Shown here: piece after piece, positions 20,561-34,053 of the stretch
Position numbering within the stretch: position 1 is the stretch's first letter
Layout of the letters: each line of letters starts with the position of its first letter
NCBI GenBank assembly: GCA_051362555.1
Contig: CM120640.1
Location: 62,226,788-62,290,787, forward strand
Length of the DNA stretch: 64,000 nucleotides
Source of the DNA: Lingula anatina
Taxonomy: Eukaryota; Animalia; Brachiopoda
Reading direction: 5' to 3'
The notes under the pieces: model-generated
What the model was told of the DNA's origin: nothing
Databases searched by the model: none
What the model saw: only the letters and a program-made list of their open reading frames with translations
Made by a program: the position numbers and the translations under genes

Positions 20561-20709
20561 GATAGACAAGCTCCCTGGATGTGCTAGGCGTCAAAAACTG
20601 CGATCGACATGACTTATGAAATATTCAACGTTTTAGATAAAATCCTTTTTTTGAATAAACCATATCCTCTGGAAACAAACAAGCGTGCGAAGGCACACAC
20701 TGACACACA

Positions 20710-20756
<47 letters not shown>

Positions 20757-20767
20757 TAGGAGTATAA

Positions 20768-21024
20768 GGCTTCGTTCACATGCAATGTCTATTTTCTATT
20801 TTCTATTTTCTATTCGCGCTATCTTATGATCACGGTCTGTGCACTGAATATCCCGCCGCGTAATTACTGGCAGCGCGAGCCAGTTACTTATAGTAACTTA
20901 TAGTAACTGGCTCGCGCTGCCAGTAATTACGCGGCGGGATATTCAGTGCACAGACCGTGATCATAAGACATGCCGCAAATAGAAAATAGAATTTAGAAAA
21001 TAGACATTGCATGTGAACGAAGCC
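20768..21024. mobile_element. Palindromic (fold-back) MITE, PIF/Harbinger-like
   Basis: GGCTTCGTTCACATGCAATG ... CATTGCATGTGAACGAAGCC; the arms pair almost to the centre, with TAA on both flanks. Confidence 0.85.
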
Positions 21025-23780
21025 TAAGAGTGATCTGTTATTTCTTTTCTGCAAACATGTCACTGTAGCTTCCGAACTGGTCATGACAGATACGCCCAAG
21101 TTGGCACCCATACAGGTAAATACCAGGCGTACCTGTACAAATATTTATGTGCTTGGCCTTAGACATTGAATCCAATGGGTGCCACATTAAGTTTTTTAAT
21201 TTTTTTTTTCATAAGGCCTATATGGGACCCAAGTACGAGCGGTCTCCATCCAGAAACAAGCTTAATTTAGCCAATCCACATGACATTGCCATACGCAGAG
21301 GGACTGTGGGTATTACTCAAGGAATCGTAAAACCCATTTACTGTCAGTTGATTAATGATGATTAAGGCTACCGTCATAAGGAATGCATAAGTGGTATTGA
21401 ACCTACATGGTTAGTTTAACGCAATTTTTTACGTAATTTCTTTTTTAGAGATAACGTATCAGAAATAAAGTTGTTTTCACGGAAAGAATCTAATACATAC
21501 GCCATCATCTTCAAACCACCCTGTACAACGGTGTTTTAAAGCACATCTACGTGTATCTTTTTTCATATTAATTGTATAGTGTACTAGCATCAGCGCACTG
21601 TTTTCTTTTACAATGTGTCTGTCCCTAGGACTTATGGAGTTTCTTATCTAAGTTGTGTTACAAAGTGAGATGCTGGTTACCTTATTCATGATATAATGAC
21701 GTCTTTTTCCCTTAATGTACTAGTATGCGGGTATCTGAAATCATGTGCTCATCATCATTTGTTATAGATACCGCAGCTGAGAACAAATTAGATCACAATA
21801 ATGTGTTTAAACATAACATAATATGTGATAGAAGAGCTCCAGTTCCTGCTCTATATCGATTTATACGTTTCCACTACAACGGAGTGTTCTCAAACATTCG
21901 CTTTCAACAATTGATTTGTAAAACGGTAGCAGTAAGACATCCTGTAATTTAGATTCAAAATACAATTTTTAAACAAAATGACCTTGAATCGTTGCTATTT
22001 AGATGCCGAATACTGTCTCTAGGAAATGTGTTGGTCCAATGCTGGTTGTCCGTTAATTTTGTGTGTGTGCGTGTGTGTGTTAAAGCACAAGCATTGGCAT
22101 GAGCATTTAACTGTTTGTCTTCTTGCAATGCTGCTTTAATTTGACTTGCCAAACAATACCTGAATATGAATTTTACATAGCAATGCCAGTATGTCAGCGA
22201 ACCCCTCCTGTACACGTGCTCCTGTACACGTGCTCGACAAAACTTTCGACTGCACTTCACATGTTTCATGACGTATGACGCATATGTTATTATTTACAAT
22301 ATGAAATTGCACGTGTTTTGTTCCTCCGAGCAAAAACTGAAATCAAAACCTTAATTTAGAGCAAAAAGATTTTGGTTATTACCCCTCTGAAGCCAGCCTT
22401 GCAGCCTTACGTGGATTTTTTTTTCGTTATGAGATTGGTATGACATTATAAAACAATTCACGAGAAGGATAAAATCTAAATAAGAATATACGGTTTGTGT
22501 TGTGTGAGAAGAGACGTTTCATGGAAAACACGTTATTTTTGCCCGTTGTTTTTCTGCATATTTAAACATGTTGTTTTGATCAAATTCCTTCTAAAAAATG
22601 GGTGCCACATACCCCATTTTTATAAAATTCAGAAATGAAGCAAAAGGGAAAGTGTACAGTCATTCCGAAATAAATCTCTGTTGCTTAAAATAAACAGGAA
22701 TATTCGGAATTTGAGGTGTGATTATCGCAAAATCGACACCTTTTTAAAAAGCCATTCATGAGTGTCAGTCACTTGGGAAGGTAAAATTGCCATACGTGTT
22801 TAATGGAAATGTGATAATAAGACTTCCCGCTGCTAATAAAGACAGTCAGTCTAATAAGCATGCTGACAAATGTGATAAATTGGACGGTATGCGTGATGCT
22901 TGGAAACTGCTTATTTCTCTTCTAATTGAGACGGTATAGAGCGTAAATGAATGTCGACTCCCTGTTAATGTTTGGGAAGACAGGGAGTTTTCAAATATCG
23001 TCGTTCTTATCAGATATTTCTTGAAATCGGTGGTCACCATATCACATTATCATCATCAGCAGAATTATGAACGGAACGTGCCAGTATAGAATTAACATGG
23101 CAACTCGATAATCCATTGTAGTTTTCTGAAATTTGTTCTTGTATAATTATAGCCCAAGAAGTTATATGTCATTCTTATAACAGGCCTGAATAGCAGCGAT
23201 CATCAGTTCAAGATGTTTTACAGTCTTTGTGAATAGTTATTTCATAAATTTGCCATTCTTTTTTATTTCAATGTTATACTCAATTCACACACTAATAATC
23301 TTAAAAGGGCTGATACACAATTTTATCATTAAACTACAGATGCAGTCCATTTGTAGAATTTTTTAAATCTGAATAAATGATACAGCATATAATTGATACA
23401 GCATATAATTGGATGGATATACAGACATGTATCACTAACTCGTTTAAAAAATATATATATTTCATGTAAATTAACCACCTTACACAGCTTTGAAGACTCA
23501 TCTAGCCAATGTGTGTTTGGACTACTGTATATACTTGTGTGAAAGGAAGTGCAGGGTTATTGCATCAAATTCATTCAAGCTACTATAATCACATAACTTA
23601 ACATTTTAATTCACATTACAGAGAAGCATAACACGACATAGAATTCAAGGTCACCTTCACTCAATACATGCATTTAGTCCATGGACACTTCCCTAGGGCA
23701 GTTATGTCACGGTTATGCACACAGAATTCAAACACTGGTTCAATCTTTGGAAAGATACTGTCGGTTTATGATAGCCAACC

Positions 23781-23947
23781 CAGGCCCGTAGCCAGCAATT
23801 TCAAAAGGGGGGTTCTTTTTCTGAAAAAGTGGACCTTTTCCCATGAAAATTCATGTACCTAGATCAAGTTTTACCCAGAGTGGACCTTTTCCCAGCAAAA
23901 GGGGCGGTTCTTTCGAACCCCCCGAACCCCCCCTGGCTACGGGCCTG
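23781..23947. mobile_element. MITE with CAGGCCCGTAGCCAG termini and a 5-bp TSD
   Basis: TIR CAGGCCCGTAGCCAG / CTGGCTACGGGCCTG; CAACC is duplicated on both flanks. Confidence 0.85.
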
Positions 23948-26329
23948 CAACCTAGCAGAAATATTCTGAACTTATATGCTATTATGCTTTAATTGATGCT
24001 TGTTAAAGACTTTTATTCATTTCAATAAATGGATTGGAACAGCTTATTTTTGCACTGGCATTCAAGTTTTCAAAGCGAAAAATAATGCAATTTTCTAATT
24101 TCACAATTATGTTGCCATTTTTAGGTAAAGTTATTGCATGCAACGTCACTTAAAACGAACTTCCTTCAGGTAGCTCTAAATACAAGAGCCCAGATCGTAT
24201 TGGAGCATAAACATAATGATATGCTAAACTTTCAGGTGTACGCTGTCTGCCGTATATTCTCGGCGGGGTCCCATTCCCTCTTACATGGCGCCATCTTCTT
24301 AGTCCTCTCAGGACGTGCACTATTTGTTTAGCATAGTCTCTCTCTGATGTCCAAATTTCTCACAGCCTCTATCCAGCCAATAATTACATTATAAAATCAG
24401 GATGGGGCAACAGTCATTACTGTAAGGTAACACAGGTTATGTATCAATTAGTTAAGAACCTTGACTGCATTTACAATAATGTCACAAGAAGGTAGTTTGA
24501 TTGTCAGGAATAAAATCACCATATTTCAGAAGTCTGTGTGAAAATATATTCTTGTCAGAAGTCAAGATACAATAACATGTACGATGAAAGAGAAGAGCAG
24601 CATACATGTGTGCTGAGGGAACAGAAATCAGCCTTTTACTAGCCTTTCTGAGTGAAACCTCATCCCGTTTACTTCCCCGCCCACTGCATTCTAAGTACGT
24701 GATAAATTCACCAATGTCTTCTTTGAGCTCAGTTTGATAAGAGTTGCCGAGATGATTTAATTACAATTAGTACCCAGATGTGATAGAACAACCGCAATTT
24801 CCCATGTTTCCAATATTAAACTACGCAATTATCCTTTCTACAGCACCATGGGGGTGCACATTTATCTTAACAGTTTCATTTCTCTCTTTCGGGAAAAGAT
24901 CAAATTGAATTAGCCCGCGTCCAGGTCGGTTTTAACAAAACGTTGAAGCTCTATCAGCCGGAAGCACGAGCTTTGATTGCTAACCTTGACGATAGTACGA
25001 CAGGGCCTCAACTAGTCGCCAATCGGCCATACTGCTAACCACTAAGCCCCGGGTGCATGGAGGGATTGAAATTCACAGGTACAGTCACGGTGCAATCCAC
25101 CGTCCGCTTTCTGAAGCTAAAACAACGAGTTTACGTTGGAAGGGTTTTGAATGCGGTCATCACTGATGTTACAGCATCGCCGTGTGAAAATTGGACGTTC
25201 AGAGAGGTCCAGGCTTCGCCCATTCCTATTCGTAAGATGTAGATGAAATTGTCGGAGGAAAAAAATTAATGGCGGATTGATCTAATTTTGTTTGACAAAT
25301 GTTTACTAGAATAGCCATTTCCATAACATGCAAATTGAAGCTTCTCCCGACCGCTGTTCTCTGGAGAGGTGTCAACAGCAAAAATTGACAATGCTTCTTA
25401 CAAAAAATTTTGACATGGCATAAACGGGAATATACTGATATTTGATCGTGCCTAATTCTTCAACGAGTCACACGTGCATGTAGTTGTTTCCGTTCGGTTT
25501 TGCTATTAGTTGGCAGTTTATTTCCTAAAATATGTACAGGGTAAATAGCACTGAAATTACAAATGTATTGCTATTATATTGGTATCGTCAAGAATACATT
25601 GTGAAAAACCTTGAATTGCTGCGATGGCTGAAACCATGTGAGTAGGCAGTAGCAGCAGTGACGCTATGCTAATACGATGTAAGCAACAATGACGTGATCA
25701 CGCTTCTCTCTTGTTCACATCCTCTTGAATCTTTTGGTTGAGGTACGCTTTTCTTCAAGTAAATTTTGCATATAGCATTGGTTTCCTTTGTCCATAGGAC
25801 TACGCACTTAGGTTCACAAGGGCCTGCATGCATGTTACACATGGTTCTTAAAAAAAACTTGCCGTAGATTTGAGAGCTGTGCGTCACATAGAATACGATG
25901 TCAATCAATAAGCTTTCTTCTAGTTTAAATGCTTGTTGTCGATTATCAAGCGGACATTTGCTTATTCAATTGTTAAACAGGATTATGTATACGCCAGTCC
26001 ATTCAATTGGATCAGGCTAACTTTTCATTAGGGGAGATTTCCAACATCTGTTTTGTTGTAATGGCACGATAGCCACTGAATATAATGGAATAAGACCAAT
26101 AGAACACAATTATCCTAAGCTAGAGTCGCACGTAAAAATCGATCTATTTTATCTGTAAAAACTATAAAAGCACTCAGAAAGCGCAGACCTCTCCCAATAA
26201 AACTAATGTAAAAATATATTATCTATTAGTCAACGGATAAATAAGCTAAATTATTCTTATTAATTAATGAGCTTCATTATTTGTAAAATCAAATCATAAA
26301 TAATAATAGAAATATAATATTAAATTGAA

Positions 26330-26513
26330 GAATCCTTTTAAAAATCCATTGGTCCAAATGGTGATTTCACCACTAAAATGCAATCACTTTTAAGACCATT
26401 TTTGACCTTTCCTGAAAATCTGATCAAAATCCGTCCATAACTTTTTGTTAGGCTGGTGGCGAACAGACAAAAAGGAGGAGAATACATAACCTCCTTGGCG
26501 GAGGAGGTAATAA
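26330..26513 (-). mobile_element. Helentron-type (HINE-like) repeat fragment
   Basis: The minus strand begins TTATTACCTCCTCCGCCAAGGAGGTTATGT, a typical 5' end for this repeat class. A decayed relative lies at about 7158-7330 (+). Confidence 0.55.
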
Positions 26514-27054
26514 CACAAAAAACTAACACCTAAACACATTGGCACAAGAGTCCCCCAACAATTTTGTATTTGGCTTTTAGTGTAATCCCAATGCCTTTGG
26601 TCTAAAAGCAGATATAAACTGACAGAGGCGTTTTTTTATGAGCGTGTTGAAGTACAACAGATCAATAGATAAGTAACACTTTTCTCAAGCCAGAAATGAT
26701 TATAGCAACACCAACCTTCTGTTACTAGAGTATTCAGTAAAGTAATATCGCTTGAATGGCTCATTTTAAAGATTTAGTAAGTAAAATTAAGTGGGTTTCT
26801 AAAGACACATCTTGGAAATAGTCATGATTAATTGGGTTTGTGACGCAGTTCTTAAATACACGGCACGTTTTTTTTTTTTGGTTTTTTTTTTTAATGAACC
26901 ATGTGCACGCAGGTCGAAAAGAGAGAACAAACATTCAATTTATTACCAAAGTCCTGGTCCTAGTGTCCCAGTAACAAAGTTTTAAGGAGGGAATTTTATA
27001 TTTGCCAGCAATAGATACAGCATTTTTGCTGCACCATTTTTGTTGCTTGTAGAA

Positions 27055-27058
<4 letters not shown>

Positions 27059-27138
<80 letters not shown>
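27059..27138. repeat. Compound (TA)n(GA)n microsatellite
   Basis: Direct reading. Confidence 0.95.
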
Positions 27139-27143
<5 letters not shown>

Positions 27144-30100
27144 GCAGTTCAGGAATAATATTCTCAGCACGCACTTTCTGAACATACATGTATGTTATGT
27201 GACCGTGGCGATATTTGCTTTATTCGGTTTTAGAGGTGTTTTTCGGTGAAATGCTGTGCTTTCTCTCGGTATGTATGTCAAATAACACTCTGCCACCCTC
27301 TCGTGATATACATGTATGTTTTGAACACCTTTCGCTGACGCTCTGGGTGTTCTGACAAATATTGCTCAGGGTGACAGTGTATTATCTCACCCATAAACCT
27401 TGTACGATTCACTTTTATAACCTGCACAAAGGAAACTGGCCGCCAATCGCTGGGAAATGACTTGTTATTTTATTACTTTAACCTTACTATACTGTATGTT
27501 GTACTTAACATGTTTTTAATATTTATTGAAGTCTAGTGTCGTTTTATTGTATATGTAAATGTCTAACTACATTAACGCCTTTACATGCTGGTGGAATAAA
27601 TATTTCTTTAAACAAAACTGGAGATATTTCACCCAAGTGTTTGGGCAGTTCCGGAAATTTTCAACTCCTCCTGTTTAAAAAAATAACCAATCACATCCCG
27701 CATGCGTGCATTGAAGGGAGCGATAGTTGCGGTCGGAGGATGCCTCAAGTTATAGCTAGTATCATATAATCGAGCGCTGAGAGAAAGGAATTCAGACCAA
27801 AGGGATTAGAATAAGCAGAAAATCTAAGCTATTGTCACTGTCTTGAGTATTTCTAGAAATATAGATAGTGGAGCTGAGGTACATGTTGCTATGTTCCGCT
27901 GATGCCACGTTTATGTTATCATCTGAGTCAAACAGAAGTAATAATTAATATAAAAAATACGAAATTGAAAGTACATCATGTGGTCAAAATCGCAAAATCG
28001 CAAAAATTCCAATAGAAAGAGGATCCGCTTGTGTTTTTTTTATAACTCGAGGTCAAGCAAAGGTTAACAACAAAACATCCAATTTCCAGAATCACTCGTC
28101 AGTTTTAAAGACAATACAAAGTGCACCACGGAACGTTAACTAGTATGTGGATTTGATTGCGCGGTAATTTCTGGTGTATCTTATTCTCTGTTTTAGAATA
28201 CCCAAAAACAGAAATGTGCTTGTGACATTTGAAGCACCACATTGCACCAATGGGTGGCTTAAGATGCTTTTGTTCCAAGAATGCAAATTGGTTTATTAAG
28301 TATCTTTTTTCCCTTTAAAGGTCATTTCCTTCTATTTGTATCGGACATTAGGACAAAGAATAAATAAAGCTTTGTTCTTGCATTCATTTATTACTAGGCT
28401 GCCCACATTGATACTTCGATTTTTAATACAACTTCAACAACAAATCTTTCTATTGCATTAGATCCGCTAGACTCCGAAAAAGAGAAATGTAAGAGTTCTA
28501 TCAAGAATTTTCTAAACACATGCTATAATAAAAAGTAATGACATTCGACATGCGTTGGATGAAAGTTGAGATCGTGTCTTTCTGGAAATCCGAATCATGC
28601 CATTATTAGGTGGATACATTGTATACTTCATTATTTTTCAAGTAAAAACACACCAAAAATCACTGTTATATCACGATCTCCTTGACGTCAATCGCTTCAG
28701 ATTTCTGCCCACGTTATACGCATACGCCTGTAAGGATTACAAAAAAGGTCCATTGCTTTTTAGCTTTCTACTTATTTATATTTTCTTTTTTTGTTTGTTT
28801 GTTTTTAAACAGACACGAAAATATGTTTTGTTTATAAAACATGTCAGTATCTTCAAATATATTTTCGGCATGTTCCCACTGAATTACCACATTAAATGCA
28901 TGTTCATCTAGAAAAAAAAACATCAATACGTACAAGGATTTCTTATTACTCGTGGATGAAAACACATCGGCTTATGACGTCTAAACTTAATATTTAATCG
29001 TTGTCCAGGGGTCCATTATGTTGTTAATCTAGAGGTTGCTTATTAGAGTTAATTAATCTTTGGATAATTGCCATACACTTACAATTGCTAAGGAACTTAG
29101 TGCATGCCTTTTTAAGCAAAAAGGGTCATTATGGGGATATGATAAGAAGATGATTTACACATGTGCATGATTCTCTATTAATCTCCTTATTAAGCTCAGT
29201 AACACAAAAGAGGATGAAGAATTGAGTTGAATATGTGCTATGCACTTTTCACATCGTTCTGACAAGCAGAAAATTATCCGCAACTCATTTCTGTTCACGT
29301 TCCAGGTAATAAATCTATGGGAGCACCTATGTTACATCGCTTATCTAACGTTTTCAGAACGTCACCACACAGGTCTAAATCCATTACGCGGCGTCGGGCA
29401 TCGATTGTCGGGTCCATATGATAATGAACTCTCAATGCAGTTTCATTAAATATAGCTGTCGTGCCATTACGGTATCATTCATCGCTTTTTTTGCTGCCTT
29501 TAACCTTTTTGAAGCTAAACATTGCAAGGTTGTTTAATTGAGTGTTTTGTAATATATCACAGTCGCTCGGATATCGTTTTCGCCATCATGTCTGAACTTA
29601 GACACAAAATATAATTCCCAACGGCTTCACATCTTAAAATTATTTCACAGCTTTCTTGTTGACATTCTTTGCACGTTGCCTTCTCAATGGAACATAACGC
29701 TGTCTTGCTGAATACTGATATTTAATTTGGATTCATTTCCTTGTAGATTATAATATAATATCAGGTAAAAACAACCTTAATTCCGTCTTTGCGTATACTT
29801 TTTGGATGTTGATTAACTTCGTACTCATAAATATCATGAAGTTCCAAAAAAACTAATGTAAAATGTTATAAATATAGAAAAAGTTATAAATAAACAAATA
29901 AATAAATAAATAAATAAAAGGTAAGAAAAACCCCGGTTTACTATGCAGCGTATGCCTCGACAGTTAGAGTATGTTGGGCTTCCACTCATCTAGTGTCTGT
30001 GGTTGTAAACAAAAAGGTCAGTCTTTCTTTTGGTGATGCTTCTGAATATCAGTTCGTAATTCTAATTACCCACATATACATGTATGTTTATTTGTAATCC

Positions 30101-32949
30101 ATAATAATAAACACACACGAGTAAGGTTTACAGAAAGAGTGATATTGTTATATACTTATAAATAAAGAATTTTTGCGTCATCGCGTGATTGTTATTATTC
30201 TTTAACGCACAAAGAACAAGATTATATAATTTGTGTCATTTCATAAAAACGAGTCCTTATATTTCTTCAAGTTGAAACGTATCCATCCCGTCTCTGAAAG
30301 CATTTGATCTATGTCACCTTAACTAAATGATATAATATGTATAAAGACTTCAATATGTTCATAATGTCTTAATTTAGTCGACTGTTGGTCCCAGCTTTTG
30401 CCCTGGGTACAGTCTATACAAGTTCCTTCCCCCTTCCAGAGGATGTTCGACAACTGAGTTAATGACCGATATGAATGTCAAAGCTTGACTGTAATTAAAG
30501 ACCCACCCAACCCTATTAATGTAGTTAGACATTACATCGTATATGCAAGTAGAAGTAGGAACAAACATAACTCAAGTGTTCTACCTTAGGTTAGACATGG
30601 ATGACTGCACGGCCGAACAGATGAATGAATGAGTCTCCATTTCCGTGGGCATGCATTTACAGCCACTATGTCGTATGAAAATACGGACGTCCAAGTTCCG
30701 ATTGTATATTACCTACGTATTGGGTGCTGACAAACCAACAGCTGTGCCTCTTCATTCTAAAGATCAAACTTCCGCTTTCAGGGAGACGCCAGAGCGTCAA
30801 TTGCTATTAACAATTCTGCAATTGTTAGTCTCCGTCAGTTCAGATCATAGTGCATACGTTTCAACTCATTTTTCTGTACAATTTTATAATTATAATCCAA
30901 TCAAATGGAAAAGTAGAGTAAAAGCTAGCTTCTTAATAAGATAAATGGCTTTTACAGCTGGTGCCTTTGATTTACTTTCAGACGCGTAAATTAAGAGATT
31001 AGGTTTAGTAATGCCTGATATTGAGAAAGATAATTCAGATGAATAGGAGATTTTGGGTGCAAAATAGTTACACCGATGGCAAACTGCAGCAAAAGTCAAC
31101 TCATTTGGGCCACAAAACCGTCATTCCATAAGCCCTTGGCGTAACCAAAACCGAAACAGCTGCCACCATCGAGTGTTGCTCCGTTTATTTTTCGAAATTG
31201 TCAATCGTTAATTTTTTCACCTTAACAAACCGGTGTCATTTTTACTGATCAATCCCATTGGCGTTGAGCTATGCCACAGGGAATCACTATTGATTTTCGT
31301 TTTTAACAAAGAAGAACAAATTATTCAGCGACGAGGTTACTGAAAGTCTCTGGGAAACGAAAGGCTTTGCAAGGCACAGCTCCAAATAACTCAGCTGAAA
31401 CCGGGGGATTTATTGAATTTTAAGTCGAGCTATAATTAAGTCTTATTGTTCAGGTTTTAAGATCTGAGCAAATAGCCCAATCCATCTTAAGACTCCGGAG
31501 AGTACCACTTCATGTTTGAAACCTGGTTTCTCTGGAAATTAGTTCTTTTAAGCAGACAAGTGAAAATTATCCATTTCTTTCTTCACACTGTAATAAAGCT
31601 TCCTTGTATGTGTATTATCCATACACGGCATTGGGAATAAAAAAGATCAGTCAGCACACTCTTTGGTGCTTTCTGTTTGGCTCTCAAAAGAGTCATTTTT
31701 ACAAAAGTAAAAATAATCACTCATTGAAAAAATAGAAAAAGAATATGTTAAAAACAATCAAATTTACACCATCGTAATGGATTATCTCACCAGCCCTTTC
31801 AAATGTAAAATGAATCAAATTATAGATTATTTCACAATATTTAATACGTTTAAGCAATACATCTGTTGCAATTTAATAGGATGCTTCACAGAAATAACAT
31901 AAATGATAAATAAAGGTTTATGTTGAAAATAAATTTATATCCACTGTTCTTACTCATTAACTGCACCGTGAAACATATTATCGTTGTTATGAAAATATAT
32001 GGAATTGTGATGAGATATAAATGCTAGTGCTGAATAATTAATCAGCCTGCTGGCACATACGTCACTACTGAGACGTAACTTACTAATATGTTTTGCCAAT
32101 ATAATACAACAAAATACTGCAGCAATTCTCTCTGATTAAAAAATAATGTTCTACATACTCGTGCTATTTCGAAATGCAACTACACAATCAGTTCAATATG
32201 GAAGATGTAGCTGAACAAATCGTTTTGATTAGGATTGGTTGGGTATACGTTTTCCCATTATACTTAAGTTTCTATGGACTATGTTTAAGAAGGCGACTCA
32301 AAAAATCTAAAGGCCAGATATATTGAAATAAACACTCAGTGACATGAGTGCAGATTCTAACTTTGAAACCTGGACATCGCCGTCCTGACTGAAGTTATTA
32401 GGACTGACTCTCTGAATTGACGACGGTAAATAGATACGTCTTTGGTATGACCTGGCATATGCGTGTATCATCCGTCACATTTATAGACAAGGCACAAATG
32501 CGTTGCCTAGGAAACAGAAGTAAATTTAGACGTATTCATTACGGCGAAATGTGTGACTAGTTGCTATTACTCTCCAGCCAACGCCGATTGTAAATTACTG
32601 TAGCAATTTCCTGCGTCTCGCGTTGGGAAATCGGTGTAGTCTAACAAAGCGATTCTGTTGTACAATCACAAACAGCCTACTCTATAATGACCAAAGTTCA
32701 ACATATTGAATACCCCAGAACACTGGTTCTTAATGATAATTACAGACAAAAAGACAGCAATTATGTATATAACAATGCAACAAAAAACATTGTCTACTAT
32801 AATAAAAATTGATATCCGATCCTTAATTTAGGATAATTCATACAAATGAAGGCTTCAGTATCTGTTTTCCATACATGTGCGCGGCCCAGCCGTCAATCGA
32901 TAACTTAACAAGCAAAACTTTGTTTAGCAAAATACGCACCATGTTCTAA

Positions 32950-34053
32950 TCAATTCGGGGGCCCAGAACTGTTTTGATACTTGGATATAGTGCGTTTCAT
33001 TATATCAAGGCAAGGACCCAGCAAACGTTCAAAGGAACCGCGCTCTAAAAAGGCGCATTTGACCTTCCCAACGGCATACACAGACGCTGATCGGGGTTGA
33101 TTCTCAATGAGGGCAAGTTCTCCAAAATACTTGCCTTTACCCGCTTTAGATATCTCTACCTCTTGCCCCTCTTTATGGATGGTAATCCTAACAACTCCAT
33201 CTTCTACAAAATACATTCCGTCGGCATCTTGTCCTTCCCGGATAATCACCTCCTCGTCCTGGAATATACGAGGCACCAGAGCGTCCGAGAGGTTCATCCT
33301 TTCGTACTCGTCCAGTGACTCTAGCATGGGCACGCTCTCTAACAAAGATTCATACATCTTTCTCTTTTTGAATGCGCTTTTCAAAACGATTCTCCTAAAC
33401 GAATTTCTGTCCATGGCCCATAACAGACCCTCTGTAAGGGCTAACACTGTGGCTGAGCGAGGCATGTTGTACATCAGGGCCAACTCTCCAAAACTGCCGC
33501 GATTTTGGAACTGGTGGACTTTTTGCATCTGTCCATTGGCAATAACTAAAACATCAAAGACACCATGATCAATGACATAGAAATTGTCGCCATCGTCCCC
33601 CTGTTCTATCACGTGTTCCCCTGGCTGTACCTCTTTACGGAACATAGCGTCAATGACATCTTGCATTTGGTCAGTGTCAAGGCACTTGAATAGTAAAATC
33701 CCCCCTACGGCGGAGGTAAGCGTCTTCCTTTCCTCGTCCGTCTTAGGGAAAACCACCCTCTCGTCGGGGGAGTCGTCTTCTTCGGGGTTGTATCTCTCTG
33801 CCGAAACCGATTTTCTCCTGGCAAATTTATTTTTCTGATTTTTAGGTCGGAACATGTTTGGGTCTGGTTCCCCGGCGTCGTCATCATCGTCTACAATAAC
33901 GTACATTGGGACTGATCGCGTTATGTGGTTTTCACGAATTCTCCCAAAGTATTCAACGGCGAAATCGTACACATTGTCTGGCTGATCACGAAGGACGGCA
34001 ATGGTAAAGTCTTTGAGCAAATCACCGAGTCCGTCTGGTATGTTGAAATTCAT
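32950..34053 (-). CDS. PRKAR2: cAMP-dependent protein kinase type II regulatory subunit, intronless CDS, 367 aa
   Basis: N-terminal RIIa dimerisation/docking domain (IPDGLGDLLKDFTIAVLRDQP) and a phosphorylatable inhibitor site RRKSV (RII type). Two cNMP-binding domains with intact cassettes (GELALMYNMPRSATV, GELALIENQPRSASV). Start context GCCACGATG. Confidence 0.95.
   Translation of the reverse strand: MNFNIPDGLGDLLKDFTIAVLRDQPDNVYDFAVEYFGRIRENHITRSVPMYVIVDDDDDAGEPDPNMFRPKNQKNKFARRKSVSAERYNPEEDDSPDERVVFPKTDEERKTLTSAVGGILLFKCLDTDQMQDVIDAMFRKEVQPGEHVIEQGDDGDNFYVIDHGVFDVLVIANGQMQKVHQFQNRGSFGELALMYNMPRSATVLALTEGLLWAMDRNSFRRIVLKSAFKKRKMYESLLESVPMLESLDEYERMNLSDALVPRIFQDEEVIIREGQDADGMYFVEDGVVRITIHKEGQEVEISKAGKGKYFGELALIENQPRSASVYAVGKVKCAFLERGSFERLLGPCLDIMKRTISKYQNSSGPPN

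Noticed and set aside
21038-24294. Possible minus-strand gene starting AAGATGGCGCCAT|GTAAGA at 24294 and splicing to 21132
   Set aside because: The join gives only a short peptide of about 35 aa with no recognisable family, and nothing else supports it.
33097-33887. Antisense and alternative-frame ORFs over the PKA-RII CDS (likewise over 8817-10999 and the SRCR exons)
   Set aside because: These are shadow ORFs of real coding sequence with no independent protein features.
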